A stretch of 64,000 nt of DNA from an uncultured Chloroflexia bacterium. GTDB lineage: Bacteria; Chloroflexota; Limnocylindria; QHBO01. Position numbers and translations under genes: made by a program. The stretch's first letter is position 1. The number at the start of each line of letters is the position of its first letter. Of the stretch, positions 34,658-49,961 are shown piece after piece. Location: assembly GCA_963825525.1 (NCBI GenBank), contig CAWGTN010000002.1:736001-800000 (forward strand), given 5' to 3'. The notes below the pieces were generated by a model that saw only the letters and a program-made list of their open reading frames with translations, made no database searches and was not told where the DNA came from.

Positions 34658-35760
34658 TGGGTCTCGCCGTAGTGACTGTTGATGAGCTCGTTCATGAGAG
34701 ACGAGAGATAGCGCACGGTCGGGATGGCCCGCGGGTATCGCATGCGGGTCGGCCCCAGCACCCCGAGCAAGCCGAGTGCCCGGTCGGGCGCGCCGTACGG
34801 TGCGAACACGAGGCTGACTTCGTGCATCGCGTCGTTCGAGTTCTCGCGGCCGATGATCACGTGCACGCCGCCGGACCTCGTCAGGACCGGCACCAGCTGC
34901 TCCAGGAAATCGCTGCGCTGCAGCGCCTCGAGCACGGGCCGCAGCCGCGATCCCTCGGCGAACTCGGGCTGCTCGAGGACGTTGACGATGCCGTCGGTGA
35001 AGACATCCTCGACCACCACCGAGTCGGCCTCCTCCAGCAGCTGGATGATGTCAGTGGCGATCCGCCGGGAAAGGGCCGGAAGCTTCTCCGACCGCCGCCG
35101 GACCTGCGGAGCCGCGAGACCTGCGAGCTCGGAGTTCAGGAGCCCTGCGGCCGCATCCAGCTCAGCCTGGTCGAGCGGGCTGTCCGGCAGCTCGCGCTGG
35201 AGCGCCCCGCGGTCGAGTCGCCGCTGGGTCACGTTTCCATCGCCGAGGACCAGGACGACGAGGCGTGTTCCGTCGTCGAGGGCCACGAGCTGTACGTGCC
35301 CGAACTTCGCGCGACGCGAGCGGGCCGGGGTGACGACCGCCGCCGAGCGCGTGCTGCCGGCAAGGATCGACGCCGCAAGCCGCAGCCATTCGTTGCTCGT
35401 CAGCTGGACCTGGCTGAACTGGTGTCGAATCATGAGCCGATCGGCCTGGTCGAGCTCCGCCTCGCGCATGAGCGACTCCACGTACAGCCGATATCCGAGG
35501 TCGGACGGCACGCGGCCGGCGCTCGTGTGCGGATGGCTCAGCAACCCGAGGGACTCGAGCTCGGCCATCGCGCTGCGGACGGTCGCGGGCGAGACACCCA
35601 GCGAGTAGCGTCCGACGAGTGCCTTCGAACCCACCGGTACGGCCGTGATCACGTAGTCCTCGACGACGGCACGAAGCACGGTCCGCTGCCGGTCCGTCAG
35701 CTGGTGGGCCTGTTGGACCGGTTCGGCGCGCTGGCGCGGCGCGGGGCGCTCGATCGTCAT
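34654..35760 (-). CDS. hrcA: Heat-inducible transcription repressor HrcA
   Basis: PVGSK, SPATVR, PHTSAGRVPSDLGYRLYV, GPTRMRY. Confidence 0.96.
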   Translation of the reverse strand: MTIERPAPRQRAEPVQQAHQLTDRQRTVLRAVVEDYVITAVPVGSKALVGRYSLGVSPATVRSAMAELESLGLLSHPHTSAGRVPSDLGYRLYVESLMREAELDQADRLMIRHQFSQVQLTSNEWLRLAASILAGSTRSAAVVTPARSRRAKFGHVQLVALDDGTRLVVLVLGDGNVTQRRLDRGALQRELPDSPLDQAELDAAAGLLNSELAGLAAPQVRRRSEKLPALSRRIATDIIQLLEEADSVVVEDVFTDGIVNVLEQPEFAEGSRLRPVLEALQRSDFLEQLVPVLTRSGGVHVIIGRENSNDAMHEVSLVFAPYGAPDRALGLLGVLGPTRMRYPRAIPTVRYLSSLMNELINSHYGETQ

Positions 35761-35779
35761 GGCGACCTCCGGAACTCGG

Positions 35780-35806
35780 TTAGCACTCTACACGTGAGAG
35801 TGCCAA
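35780..35806. promoter_or_regulatory. CIRCE element upstream of hrcA-grpE-dnaK
   Basis: TTAGCACTC-N9-GAGTGCCAA, one mismatch to consensus. Confidence 0.95.
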
Positions 35807-35820
35807 ATGGTGATTGTGGC

Positions 35821-35850
35821 ATGGTACCGCCCACCCCGAGCCGGTGTCAA
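35821..35850 (-). promoter_or_regulatory. Sigma-70-type promoter of the hrcA operon: TTGACA-N18-TACCAT
   Basis: Perfect -35 overlapping the hemW stop; the CIRCE lies just downstream of the predicted TSS. Confidence 0.75.
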
Positions 35851-37022
35851 CGGCGGGCGGTGGCCTCGGGCATGAACGCCAGGAGCACCTCGCTGGCCAG
35901 CAGCCGTCCTCGATCGGTCAGGCGGACGCGATCGCCATCCACCTCGAGGAGGCCCGCACGGACCACCTCGTCGACGGCCGCCCGGTCACGTTCCAACGGG
36001 TCCTCGCCGAACTCCGCGATCACCTCCGATCGCCGAATTCCGTCGATGCGACGCAGGCCGAGGGCCACCGCCTCGAACGCGCGAGTCGCCGCGTCGAGCG
36101 CCTCGCGCCCGGCAACGGGACGCTCACCCACCTCGAGGCCGGCGAGGTAGGCATCGAGCTCACGCACGTTCCACGAGCGCTCGGCGGCGCCGTCGTACGA
36201 GTGCGCGCCGGCGCCGATCCCCGTGTATGGCCGCCGTGCCCAGTACGCGGCGTTATGCCGGCTCTCGTGTCCCGGCCGCGCCCACGAGCTCAGCTCGTAG
36301 TGCACGTATCCCGCGCTCCCCAGAACCTCGGCGGCGAGCATGTACTGGTCGCCGGCGAGCTCGTCGTCCTGCCGTCGTACCATCCGGTCGCGCCAGCGCA
36401 ACGCACCGGGACGCGGACGCGCGGCCCACTCGTCGGGCTGGAGCGCGAGCTGGAGCGCATAGCAGCTGACGTGGTCCGGCTCGAGATCGATCGCCCGTTC
36501 GAGCCCGTCGCGCCAGTCGTCGAGCGTCTGGCCGCCGATGCCGTAGATGAGGTCGATGCTGACGTCCTCGAACCGGGCTGATCGAGCCGCCGCGAAGGCG
36601 TCCCGCGCCTCCGCCGCCGAGTGGCCGCGGGCAAGGGAGACGAGCTCCTGGTCGCGCAGGGATTGCACTCCGAGGCTGATCCGCGTGACGCCCGCCGCGC
36701 GGTAGCCAGCCCAGTCGGGCGTTTCGCGCGAGCTGGGATTCGCCTCGATGGTCACCTCGTCGAGCGCGGTCGGCCACCGCTCGCGGGCAGCGTCGAGGAT
36801 GGCCCCGATCGTCGCCCCATCGAGCAGCGACGGCGTGCCGCCGCCGAAGTACACGGTCCGCAGCTCGCCCGCCGCCGGGCGCAGCTCGAGCTCGCGCCGC
36901 AGGGCATCGGCGTAGCGCCCGATGTCGTCCGCGCGTCCGCCGACCGTCACAAAGTCGCAGTACGCGCACACGAGCCGGCAGAACGGCACGTGGACGTAGA
37001 GATGGTGGGATGGCGACGGCAT
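35847..37022 (-). CDS. hemW: Radical SAM heme chaperone HemW (HemN-like)
   Basis: LYVHVPFCRLVCAYCDF, YFGGGTPS, RISLGVQS, DLIYG, YELSSWA..SRHNAAYW; conserved position before hrcA. Confidence 0.92.
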   Translation of the reverse strand: MPSPSHHLYVHVPFCRLVCAYCDFVTVGGRADDIGRYADALRRELELRPAAGELRTVYFGGGTPSLLDGATIGAILDAARERWPTALDEVTIEANPSSRETPDWAGYRAAGVTRISLGVQSLRDQELVSLARGHSAAEARDAFAAARSARFEDVSIDLIYGIGGQTLDDWRDGLERAIDLEPDHVSCYALQLALQPDEWAARPRPGALRWRDRMVRRQDDELAGDQYMLAAEVLGSAGYVHYELSSWARPGHESRHNAAYWARRPYTGIGAGAHSYDGAAERSWNVRELDAYLAGLEVGERPVAGREALDAATRAFEAVALGLRRIDGIRRSEVIAEFGEDPLERDRAAVDEVVRAGLLEVDGDRVRLTDRGRLLASEVLLAFMPEATARR

Positions 37023-37203
37023 GGCGCGAGTCTACGGCCACCGGACCGGATGCCCACATCCCGGATGGATGGGGCAGGCTCTGACGCTGGCCGAGGCACC
37101 GCGATCTGCACCCCGCCGCCACGCCCGCTTGTCTATCCGGGGCGACGCATGTCTGCAACAATTGTCGACAAGGCGACTGACAGTACGCCCAAGGAGGGAA
37201 TCC

Positions 37204-38182
37204 ATGGCTCGTGCACTCCTCATCGCTCTGCTGACACTCGCCGCGTGCGCCGCTCCGGCTGGCGAGAGCGTCGAAGAGAGCACCGATCCGCCCAGCCCAA
37301 CCGTCACGCCGACGACGGCCACTTCGGCGACAACGGGCGCGGTTCCTTCGTCTGCGCCACCTTCCCCGTCGCCGAGCGTGGCCGTCGAGCCGCCGACCGA
37401 CGTGTATTCCGATTGGTGCGCTGGTTCGCGCGACCGCCGACGGTCTGCGACTACGCGCCGGACCCTCCGTGACGCGGGACATCGCGGGCACAGTGAACGA
37501 GGGCGACCTCCTCTATGTCACCCAGACCGGCAGCCCCGATCTGGCACCTCGTCAGGCCGACGGGTACGAGTGGTATCCCATCGCGCACGCTCCCGGCTAC
37601 ACGAACTGGCCGATCGAACCTCCAGTTGAGGACCGCATCGTCGGGTACGTCGCCGCCCGATCCGATACCGAGCAGTTCGTCGAATTGGTGCCGGCCACCT
37701 GTCCGGCCAATCCGCCGGAGACACTTGGCGTGGCCGATCTGGTGGCGCTCACTCCGTACGAGCGAGTCGTCTGTCTTGGGAGTCAGACCCTGACGGTCGA
37801 GGGCACCTTCGGCTGCCCCTACTGTGACTCGCTGGGCCATCCCTACCGCATGGAACCCGCGTGGCTCGCAGCCTGGCAGCTGCATCTCAACATCCTGGTG
37901 CCGAGCTGGTCGACGTACCCCCCATTTCCCGGTTCGATCGTGCTGGCAACGCCGCCGGACATCCGTGCGTTCGAGCCTGCTGATCGAGGTGCGATCGTGC
38001 GCGTCACCGGTCACTTCAACGACGAGCGCGCCACCGCGTGCACCATCACGCCAGGTCCCGAGGCCGGCACGGAACCCGTGCAGGAAGAGGCGGCGCAGTG
38101 GTACTGCCGAGAGCGCTTCGTCGTGGAATCATGGGAGATCATCGGCGCCGACCCCGCGTTCGAGGGCCTCATCCCGGGGTAG
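37204..38182 (+). CDS. Lipoprotein with P/S/T linker, SH3b-like segment and Cys-containing C-terminal domain; broken by a +1 insertion near 37405
   Basis: AAGGAGG SD; lipobox LAAC; removing one base at GTG-T-ATT gives DVIPIGALVRATADGLRLRAGPSVT and joins the 37469-38182 ORF. Span 979 nt = 3n+1. Confidence 0.75.
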
Positions 38183-38228
38183 CCGCCGCTCAGAAAAACG
38201 CCTGACTCTCGATGGAGGAGTAACGCCC

Positions 38229-38930
38229 ATGCCCGTCCGCACCGTCGTCGACCGAGGCCCGAAGGGCAAACGCGCGGTGGCCTTCGGCCTCGACTGGCCT
38301 GGATGGAGCCGGGGTGCCAAGACGGCGGAGCTCGCGGTGGAGGTGCTCGAGTCCTATCGCGCGCGCTATCGGCCGATCGCCGAAATTGCGGGAATGGCGG
38401 ACGAGTTCGACGCCGCCGGACCCATCGAAATCGTGGAGGACAAGGTCGGCACGCCCTCGACCGACTTCTGGGCGATCTCCTTCGCTCCATCCACCGCCGA
38501 GCAGGACCCGATGGACCACGCCGATCTGGAACGAGGCATCACGCTCCTGCGCGCCGCTTGGGCATTCTTCGACTCCGTCCATGCGCGGGTCTCGCCGGAG
38601 TTGCGCAAGGGGCCACGCGGCGGCGGGCGCGACCGCCATGAGATCTATCGCCACGTCATCCGCAATGAGAGCGAGAGCTTCGCGAAGTCGGTCGGCCTGC
38701 GGATCGCCGAGGAGGGGGCCCTGAGCCCCGATGGGCTGCGCGAGTATCGGGACGCCTACGTCCAGGCGATGCGTGACTACAACGCCGGCAGGGTCGAGAA
38801 GAAGATGCGGTCGGGGTCACTGGCGTACCTCATCCGGCACTCCGCCTTCCATACGCTCGACCACGCCTGGGAGATGGAGGACAAGGACCTCTCGGCCCAG
38901 CGAGAGCATCGCGCCTCCATCGGCCCCTAG
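38229..38930 (+). CDS. Hypothetical protein, DinB/YfiT-like C-terminal helical bundle
   Basis: GGAGG SD; LDWPGWSRGAKT N-terminal motif; HV...RHSAFHTLDHAWEMED His pattern resembling DinB-superfamily metal ligands. Confidence 0.7.
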   Translation: MPVRTVVDRGPKGKRAVAFGLDWPGWSRGAKTAELAVEVLESYRARYRPIAEIAGMADEFDAAGPIEIVEDKVGTPSTDFWAISFAPSTAEQDPMDHADLERGITLLRAAWAFFDSVHARVSPELRKGPRGGGRDRHEIYRHVIRNESESFAKSVGLRIAEEGALSPDGLREYRDAYVQAMRDYNAGRVEKKMRSGSLAYLIRHSAFHTLDHAWEMEDKDLSAQREHRASIGP

Positions 38931-39585
38931 ATCGGTCGCTGGCGGAGCCGCCCTCCGGCGAAGGCGAAGAGGCTCATCGTGACCGCGAAATGCCCGACGA
39001 CGGCCGGGATGACCGAGCCGGTCTCAATGGTGGCCACGCCGGCGGCCCAGCCAAGCAACACCGAACCCGCCATGAAGTACCAATCGCGCTCGTGCCAGAG
39101 GCGCCGATGCGCCAGGCCGTAGACGAGGGCCTGGAGCGCAATCGCCCAGCCCGCCGGAACGCCCGCGAACAGGAGCATGCCCAGTACGATCGAGCGGAAC
39201 TGGAGCTCCTCGCTGATGGCATTCGCCGCGGCGCCCAGCACCCGGCTCGGCACCAGCTCCATCGGCAACGGCAGGATCCCGCCGTAGCGCAGGAAGGCGA
39301 GAGCGACGCCGTTCACCAGCGCCACGAAGGTGAACAGCACCATGACGATCAGCATGTTGTTGGGGTCGCCGCCGGTCAGGAACAGCTGGGCCCGACCGGA
39401 AGGCAGGATGATGGCGATCCCGATCGCGAAGCCGACCACCAGGATGTAGTACGAGACGGGTCCCATCCAGGGCGTGCGGTAGCGGAAGTAGTCCGAGCGA
39501 ATGATTCGTTCCGAGTCGAACCGCAACAGCACCAGGAAGAGGGTCAGGCCCAGGGCGATCGCGAGCCTGAGCGATTCGAAGAAGC

Positions 39586-39589
<4 letters not shown>
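38927..39589 (-). CDS. CPBP (CAAX/Abi) family intramembrane glutamic endopeptidase
   Basis: Multi-TM; EELQFR, YGLAH and GH motifs; GTG start overlaps the lepA stop (GTGA). Confidence 0.85.
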
Positions 39590-41400
<1,811 letters not shown>

Positions 41401-41444
41401 GGGGCGGAAGTCTAGCCGAGACGCGTCATCCTCACCCGGATCCG

Positions 41445-43331
41445 TCAGGGAGTGGCAGTCTCGGCGGGCGGTTCCGCCGGCTTCGGGGCCGGGGCCGGGC
41501 CGACCTGCGTGATGCCATTCACCGTTCGATACGAGCTGAAGTACGTGTTGCGATGGATCTCGTTGCCCTGGGCGTCGTACACGAACCGGGTGCGGCTGAC
41601 GTCGTGCCCGTTGTGCGGGTACTCGACACGCTTGCTCGTTCCGGGGGCCATGCTCGAGACGAGCTGCGTGGTCTCGATGGCCGTCCGATGGTTGCTGGTG
41701 GCGGGATCGGTGAGGACGACCGACCGACCGGTCGGGACGGTCCACAGCTGGAAGGTCACGAAGCCGTTGCCGCCGAATCCGCGGATCACGATCGGATGCT
41801 CAGTGTCGTTGCGGAAGGTCATGTCCTGGACCCAGTCGTCCGCCATGTAGACCGTGGCGTCCAGGCCATCCGGGTAACGGTCGATGTAGTAGTAGTGATT
41901 GGCCCGATCGCCCATCTCCAGTCCGGCCCGCAGGGCGGCGTTGAAGATGGTGGTCGAGGTTGAGCAGATGCCGCCGCCGATGGCACCGCCGGCCACGCTG
42001 CGGCCGCCGATGATCACGCCGCCATAGTGGTAGCCGCGCTCGACGGTCACCGGACCGATGCTGTCCCAGAAGCTGAACCACTCGCCCGGCGCCAGGTTGC
42101 GACCATCGATGTCCCAGGCGCCGATGTTGATGTTCGCGCCGAAGCCGTTCCCATCGCCCGGGACGTAGTACGTCGTCCATGATGAGACGAGCTGCATCTG
42201 CGGCAGTACGGCTTCCGCCGCGGCCGTGGTGATCGAGGGCTCCGTCACGCCCACGACGAGCCCGACCGATGCCAATGGTGCCCCCGCGCCGCGCCGCGAG
42301 AGCACGCGCTGCAGGGCGTCCTGGGTGGCCGCCACGTCAAGTCGACGGCCTTCCTGCCCGGCAACGACGCCCCCCAGACCGCCGCCCGCGGCGACCGCGA
42401 TACGTGCGTTGACGGGGTCTCGGTCAACGGTCGCCGCCAGCGCCGCGACCGCCGTGGCGACCGCAGCCTCGTCGACATCGACGGCATACGCGACCCCGCC
42501 GTAGTCAGGACCGAATGTCAGCCACGACGCGATCGTCTCGGGCGCGAGGGTCATCGGCTCGTCCCCCTCGCCGGCGCCCGGCAGGTCCAGGGTCAGGGCC
42601 GCGGTCATGGAACGTGCCGAAGCCGCAACGGCGTCGGCGGCGGCCGTCGAGACGGCGGGCTGCACGATGGTCGGTTCGAGGGACAGCCGCACATCTGCGG
42701 GATCTGAGGTGTCGACCGCCTGTGCCAGGGCCGATCCGACCGCTGCGGCGTCGAGCGACAGGCCGCTGGCGCCGGGGCTCACGGTGAAGGTTGCTCCATC
42801 GGCGACCACGAACGCGTCGACCGCCGGAACGGTGGCCCGAGCGGCGATCCCGGCCGCGATCTCGTCGAGTGCGGCCGGATCGTAGGCATGGACGACGATC
42901 GGCATGGCCGTGGCGTGAACGAGCGAGCGCAGGCGAGCCACTCCGTCGGCGAATGGGTTGCCGGCGCGGCCGACGCCGAAGGCCGAATCGGCCATGGCGT
43001 CCAGCTCGTATCGGCGGCCGAGATCGGCGAAGGAGACGGTCTCGGTTTCATCACCGACCAGGATCACGGCCGAGCCGGTCGTGAGCGATGGCAGCTCTGA
43101 CCCCAGGCGCCCGATGGCAGCGGCCCGGTCCAGCCCTGCCAGGTTGACGCCGCCGATGGTGACGCCGGAGTGGACGGTGTTCGCCGCGGCGACGCCGATG
43201 GCAATGGAGATGCCTGAGATCACCAGCATGCCAGTCGCGAGCGTCGCGAGGAAGCCGACGGCAAGCCCACGGCGGGCAGGCGGCGACGCCATGGGTCGAA
43301 TCAGTCGGCTCGGGAAGGTGGTGGTGGTCAT
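41445..43331 (-). CDS. VanW family protein with N-terminal TM and putative peptidoglycan-binding repeats (YoaR-like)
   Basis: [12 protein letters not shown]; [55 protein letters not shown]. Confidence 0.88.
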   Translation of the reverse strand: MTTTTFPSRLIRPMASPPARRGLAVGFLATLATGMLVISGISIAIGVAAANTVHSGVTIGGVNLAGLDRAAAIGRLGSELPSLTTGSAVILVGDETETVSFADLGRRYELDAMADSAFGVGRAGNPFADGVARLRSLVHATAMPIVVHAYDPAALDEIAAGIAARATVPAVDAFVVADGATFTVSPGASGLSLDAAAVGSALAQAVDTSDPADVRLSLEPTIVQPAVSTAAADAVAASARSMTAALTLDLPGAGEGDEPMTLAPETIASWLTFGPDYGGVAYAVDVDEAAVATAVAALAATVDRDPVNARIAVAAGGGLGGVVAGQEGRRLDVAATQDALQRVLSRRGAGAPLASVGLVVGVTEPSITTAAAEAVLPQMQLVSSWTTYYVPGDGNGFGANINIGAWDIDGRNLAPGEWFSFWDSIGPVTVERGYHYGGVIIGGRSVAGGAIGGGICSTSTTIFNAALRAGLEMGDRANHYYYIDRYPDGLDATVYMADDWVQDMTFRNDTEHPIVIRGFGGNGFVTFQLWTVPTGRSVVLTDPATSNHRTAIETTQLVSSMAPGTSKRVEYPHNGHDVSRTRFVYDAQGNEIHRNTYFSSYRTVNGITQVGPAPAPKPAEPPAETATP

Positions 43332-43609
43332 ACGTCAGTGGGAGACGCGCTGTCGCGGAAGCTCGTTTCACGGCGCCAGGACATCCGGACATGCGCCCGG
43401 ATCTCTCCCCGTCTCATACTCCTTGCATCCGACGGTCAACCGGCGGGCAGGCCGGCGGAAGTCGGTCGTGGGATTGTCGCGGTTGAGGGCCCTCTTGTCG
43501 AGTCCCCCGATGGTCCAATCGGCAGTCCGATGCTATACTCACCGACCCGCCGCGCTCTGTGGAGCGTGTGTTCGGTATGCATCCATTCGATTCGAGTTGA
43601 GGATTCCAC

Positions 43610-44134
43610 GTGGCAAGAACGGCACGAACCTGGAAGGGCGCACGCACGCCCTCCGCCCTGAAGCGCGTGCGCCAGTCGCTTCGCCGCCGCGCCGTGAATC
43701 GTCGAACGCTGAGTGAGACCAAGACCCTCGTCCAGCATGCCTCCGAGATCGCTCTCGGACGGGGCAGCGGGGACGGCCCGGCCGCCGTGACCGCCGCCAT
43801 CAGTGCCCTCGACAAGGCTGCCGAGAAGGGGATGATTCACCCGAACAACGCCGCCCGTCGCAAGAGCCGGCTGATGGCCAAGGTCAACGCGGCTCATCTG
43901 CTCGACGGCGCCGCGGCTGAGTCTGCGACGACCGCCAAGAAGCGCACGACGGCCAGCAAGACCGCTCAGCGCAAGAAGGTGCAGGCGGCCAAGGCATCCA
44001 AGGCAGCCGCCGGCAAGGCGACCGACCGACCGCGAACCGCAGCCGGCAAGGCAAAGGTCGCCGTCACGCGCGCCAGCCGCGAGTCGGCTGCGGCGCGCCG
44101 GCGAGCCAAGACCACGGACGAGCCCGAGGACTAG
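43610..44134 (+). CDS. rpsT: 30S ribosomal protein S20 with long Ala/Lys-rich C-terminal extension
   Basis: SALKRVRQSLRRRAVNR...LDKAAEKGMIHPNNAARRKSRL; extended -10 TGcTATACT at 43531-43539. Confidence 0.92.
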   Translation: MARTARTWKGARTPSALKRVRQSLRRRAVNRRTLSETKTLVQHASEIALGRGSGDGPAAVTAAISALDKAAEKGMIHPNNAARRKSRLMAKVNAAHLLDGAAAESATTAKKRTTASKTAQRKKVQAAKASKAAAGKATDRPRTAAGKAKVAVTRASRESAAARRRAKTTDEPED

Positions 44135-44154
44135 CTCCTCTTGCCAGCCTGACC

Positions 44155-44184
44155 CGAAACCCCGGTTGCACGACCGGGGTTTCG
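44155..44184. terminator. Hairpin terminator between convergent rpsT and eno
   Basis: CGAAACCCCGGT-N6-ACCGGGGTTTCG perfect 12-bp stem. Confidence 0.75.
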
Positions 44185-44211
44185 TGCATTCCCCCTGCCG
44201 TCCGTCACGCG

Positions 44212-46721
<2,510 letters not shown>

Positions 46722-46728
46722 CGGCACC

Positions 46729-48785
<2,057 letters not shown>

Positions 48786-48816
48786 GTGGCGACCATTCTA
48801 CCGGCCGCCGGATACG

Positions 48817-48852
48817 ACGAGAGGCGCGCCGGCGATCCGGCGCGCCTCTCGT
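48817..48852. terminator. Perfect 16-bp hairpin after the DUF5679 gene
   Basis: ACGAGAGGCGCGCCGG-CGAT-CCGGCGCGCCTCTCGT. Confidence 0.7.
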
Positions 48853-48871
48853 GCTCGATGCGATGGGCGGC

Positions 48872-49015
48872 TCAGCCGCCGATCTTGAACATCTTGGTGC
48901 TGCACACGGGGCACACGCCCTCAGTGGCGGGCTTGCCGTTCTTCATCGTGATCTTGTTCTCGTTCAGCATCTCGCGCTTTGCCTTGCACTTGACGCAGTA
49001 CGCCTCAGTCGCCAT
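48872..49015 (-). CDS. Small basic zinc-ribbon protein (DUF5679-like), 47 aa
   Basis: MATEAYCVKCKAKREM...GVCPVCSTKMFKIGG; GGGAGG SD. Confidence 0.85.
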   Translation of the reverse strand: MATEAYCVKCKAKREMLNENKITMKNGKPATEGVCPVCSTKMFKIGG

Positions 49016-49031
49016 CGGTTCAGTTGCCTCC

Positions 49032-49913
49032 CTATTCGCCGGCCTCGGGACCGGTCGATTGTTGAGGTTCCCCCGCCTGTCGGTCGAACGATGCTCCGCG
49101 GCGGGCGATGAAATCGCCACCGTCGGCGTCGACCTGCCAGAGCAGGTGGATGCCGGCAAGTCCGGCATCGATGCAGCGTGCCTCCGCGGCCTCCTTAGCC
49201 GCGCCTTCCAGGAACGTGCCATCGGTCCGTTGTGCGTAGGCCGCACAAACTGTTCCCGACCGCAGTCCCGCCAGGTGTGCCAGCACGAAGAGTGCCGACG
49301 ACTCCATTTCGAGATTCGCCACTCGTTGGCGACGAAGCTCTTCTGCGAGCTCAGGATACCGAACGGGGAGCGTGCGCATCGCCCGTCCCTGCGGAGCGTA
49401 AAAGCCAGAAGCGGTGGCTGTCAGCCCCACGTGGTACCTGATCCCCAGGTCACGGCAGCCCTGCTCGAGGGCCCAGATCACGTCACGGTGCGCGATCGCC
49501 GGGAATCCGGGGTGGACGTAGAAGTCCGTGGTGTTCTCGAGCCGGACCGCGCCGGTCGACACGATGAGGTCGCCCAAGGCGATCTCGGGCTGGAGTGCGC
49601 CGGACGACCCGACGCGAATGAGCGTCGGCCGATCCGTGATCTCCATGACCTCGGCCATGACGATCTCCACGTTGTCGGTGCCCATGCCGGTCGACATGCA
49701 GCTGATCGGCATCCCGCGGTACGTTCCGGTCGCCGTCGTGATCTCGCGGTTGCTGCGCTGGACGTCGACCGAGTCCCAGTGGGCGGCAACCTTCGCGACC
49801 CGTCCAGGGTCACCGACCAGCAGCACGTACTCCGCGAGCTCGCCACGGGCGAGGTCGATGTGATACTGGCGATCTCCGGTTGTCGGTGCGTCCGCCCGGG
49901 TCAGTTGGGACAA
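49032..49913 (-). CDS. udp: Nucleoside phosphorylase (uridine phosphorylase-like)
   Basis: QYHI, LVGDPGRV, STGMG, IRVGSSGALQ, FYAPQGR, NLEMESS; GAGGAG SD before TTG. Confidence 0.88.
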   Translation of the reverse strand: MSQLTRADAPTTGDRQYHIDLARGELAEYVLLVGDPGRVAKVAAHWDSVDVQRSNREITTATGTYRGMPISCMSTGMGTDNVEIVMAEVMEITDRPTLIRVGSSGALQPEIALGDLIVSTGAVRLENTTDFYVHPGFPAIAHRDVIWALEQGCRDLGIRYHVGLTATASGFYAPQGRAMRTLPVRYPELAEELRRQRVANLEMESSALFVLAHLAGLRSGTVCAAYAQRTDGTFLEGAAKEAAEARCIDAGLAGIHLLWQVDADGGDFIARRGASFDRQAGEPQQSTGPEAGE

Positions 49914-49961
49914 GCGTGGCTCCTCGTGCCTGAACGGGCGGGAGTATACGCCGCCCCACGC

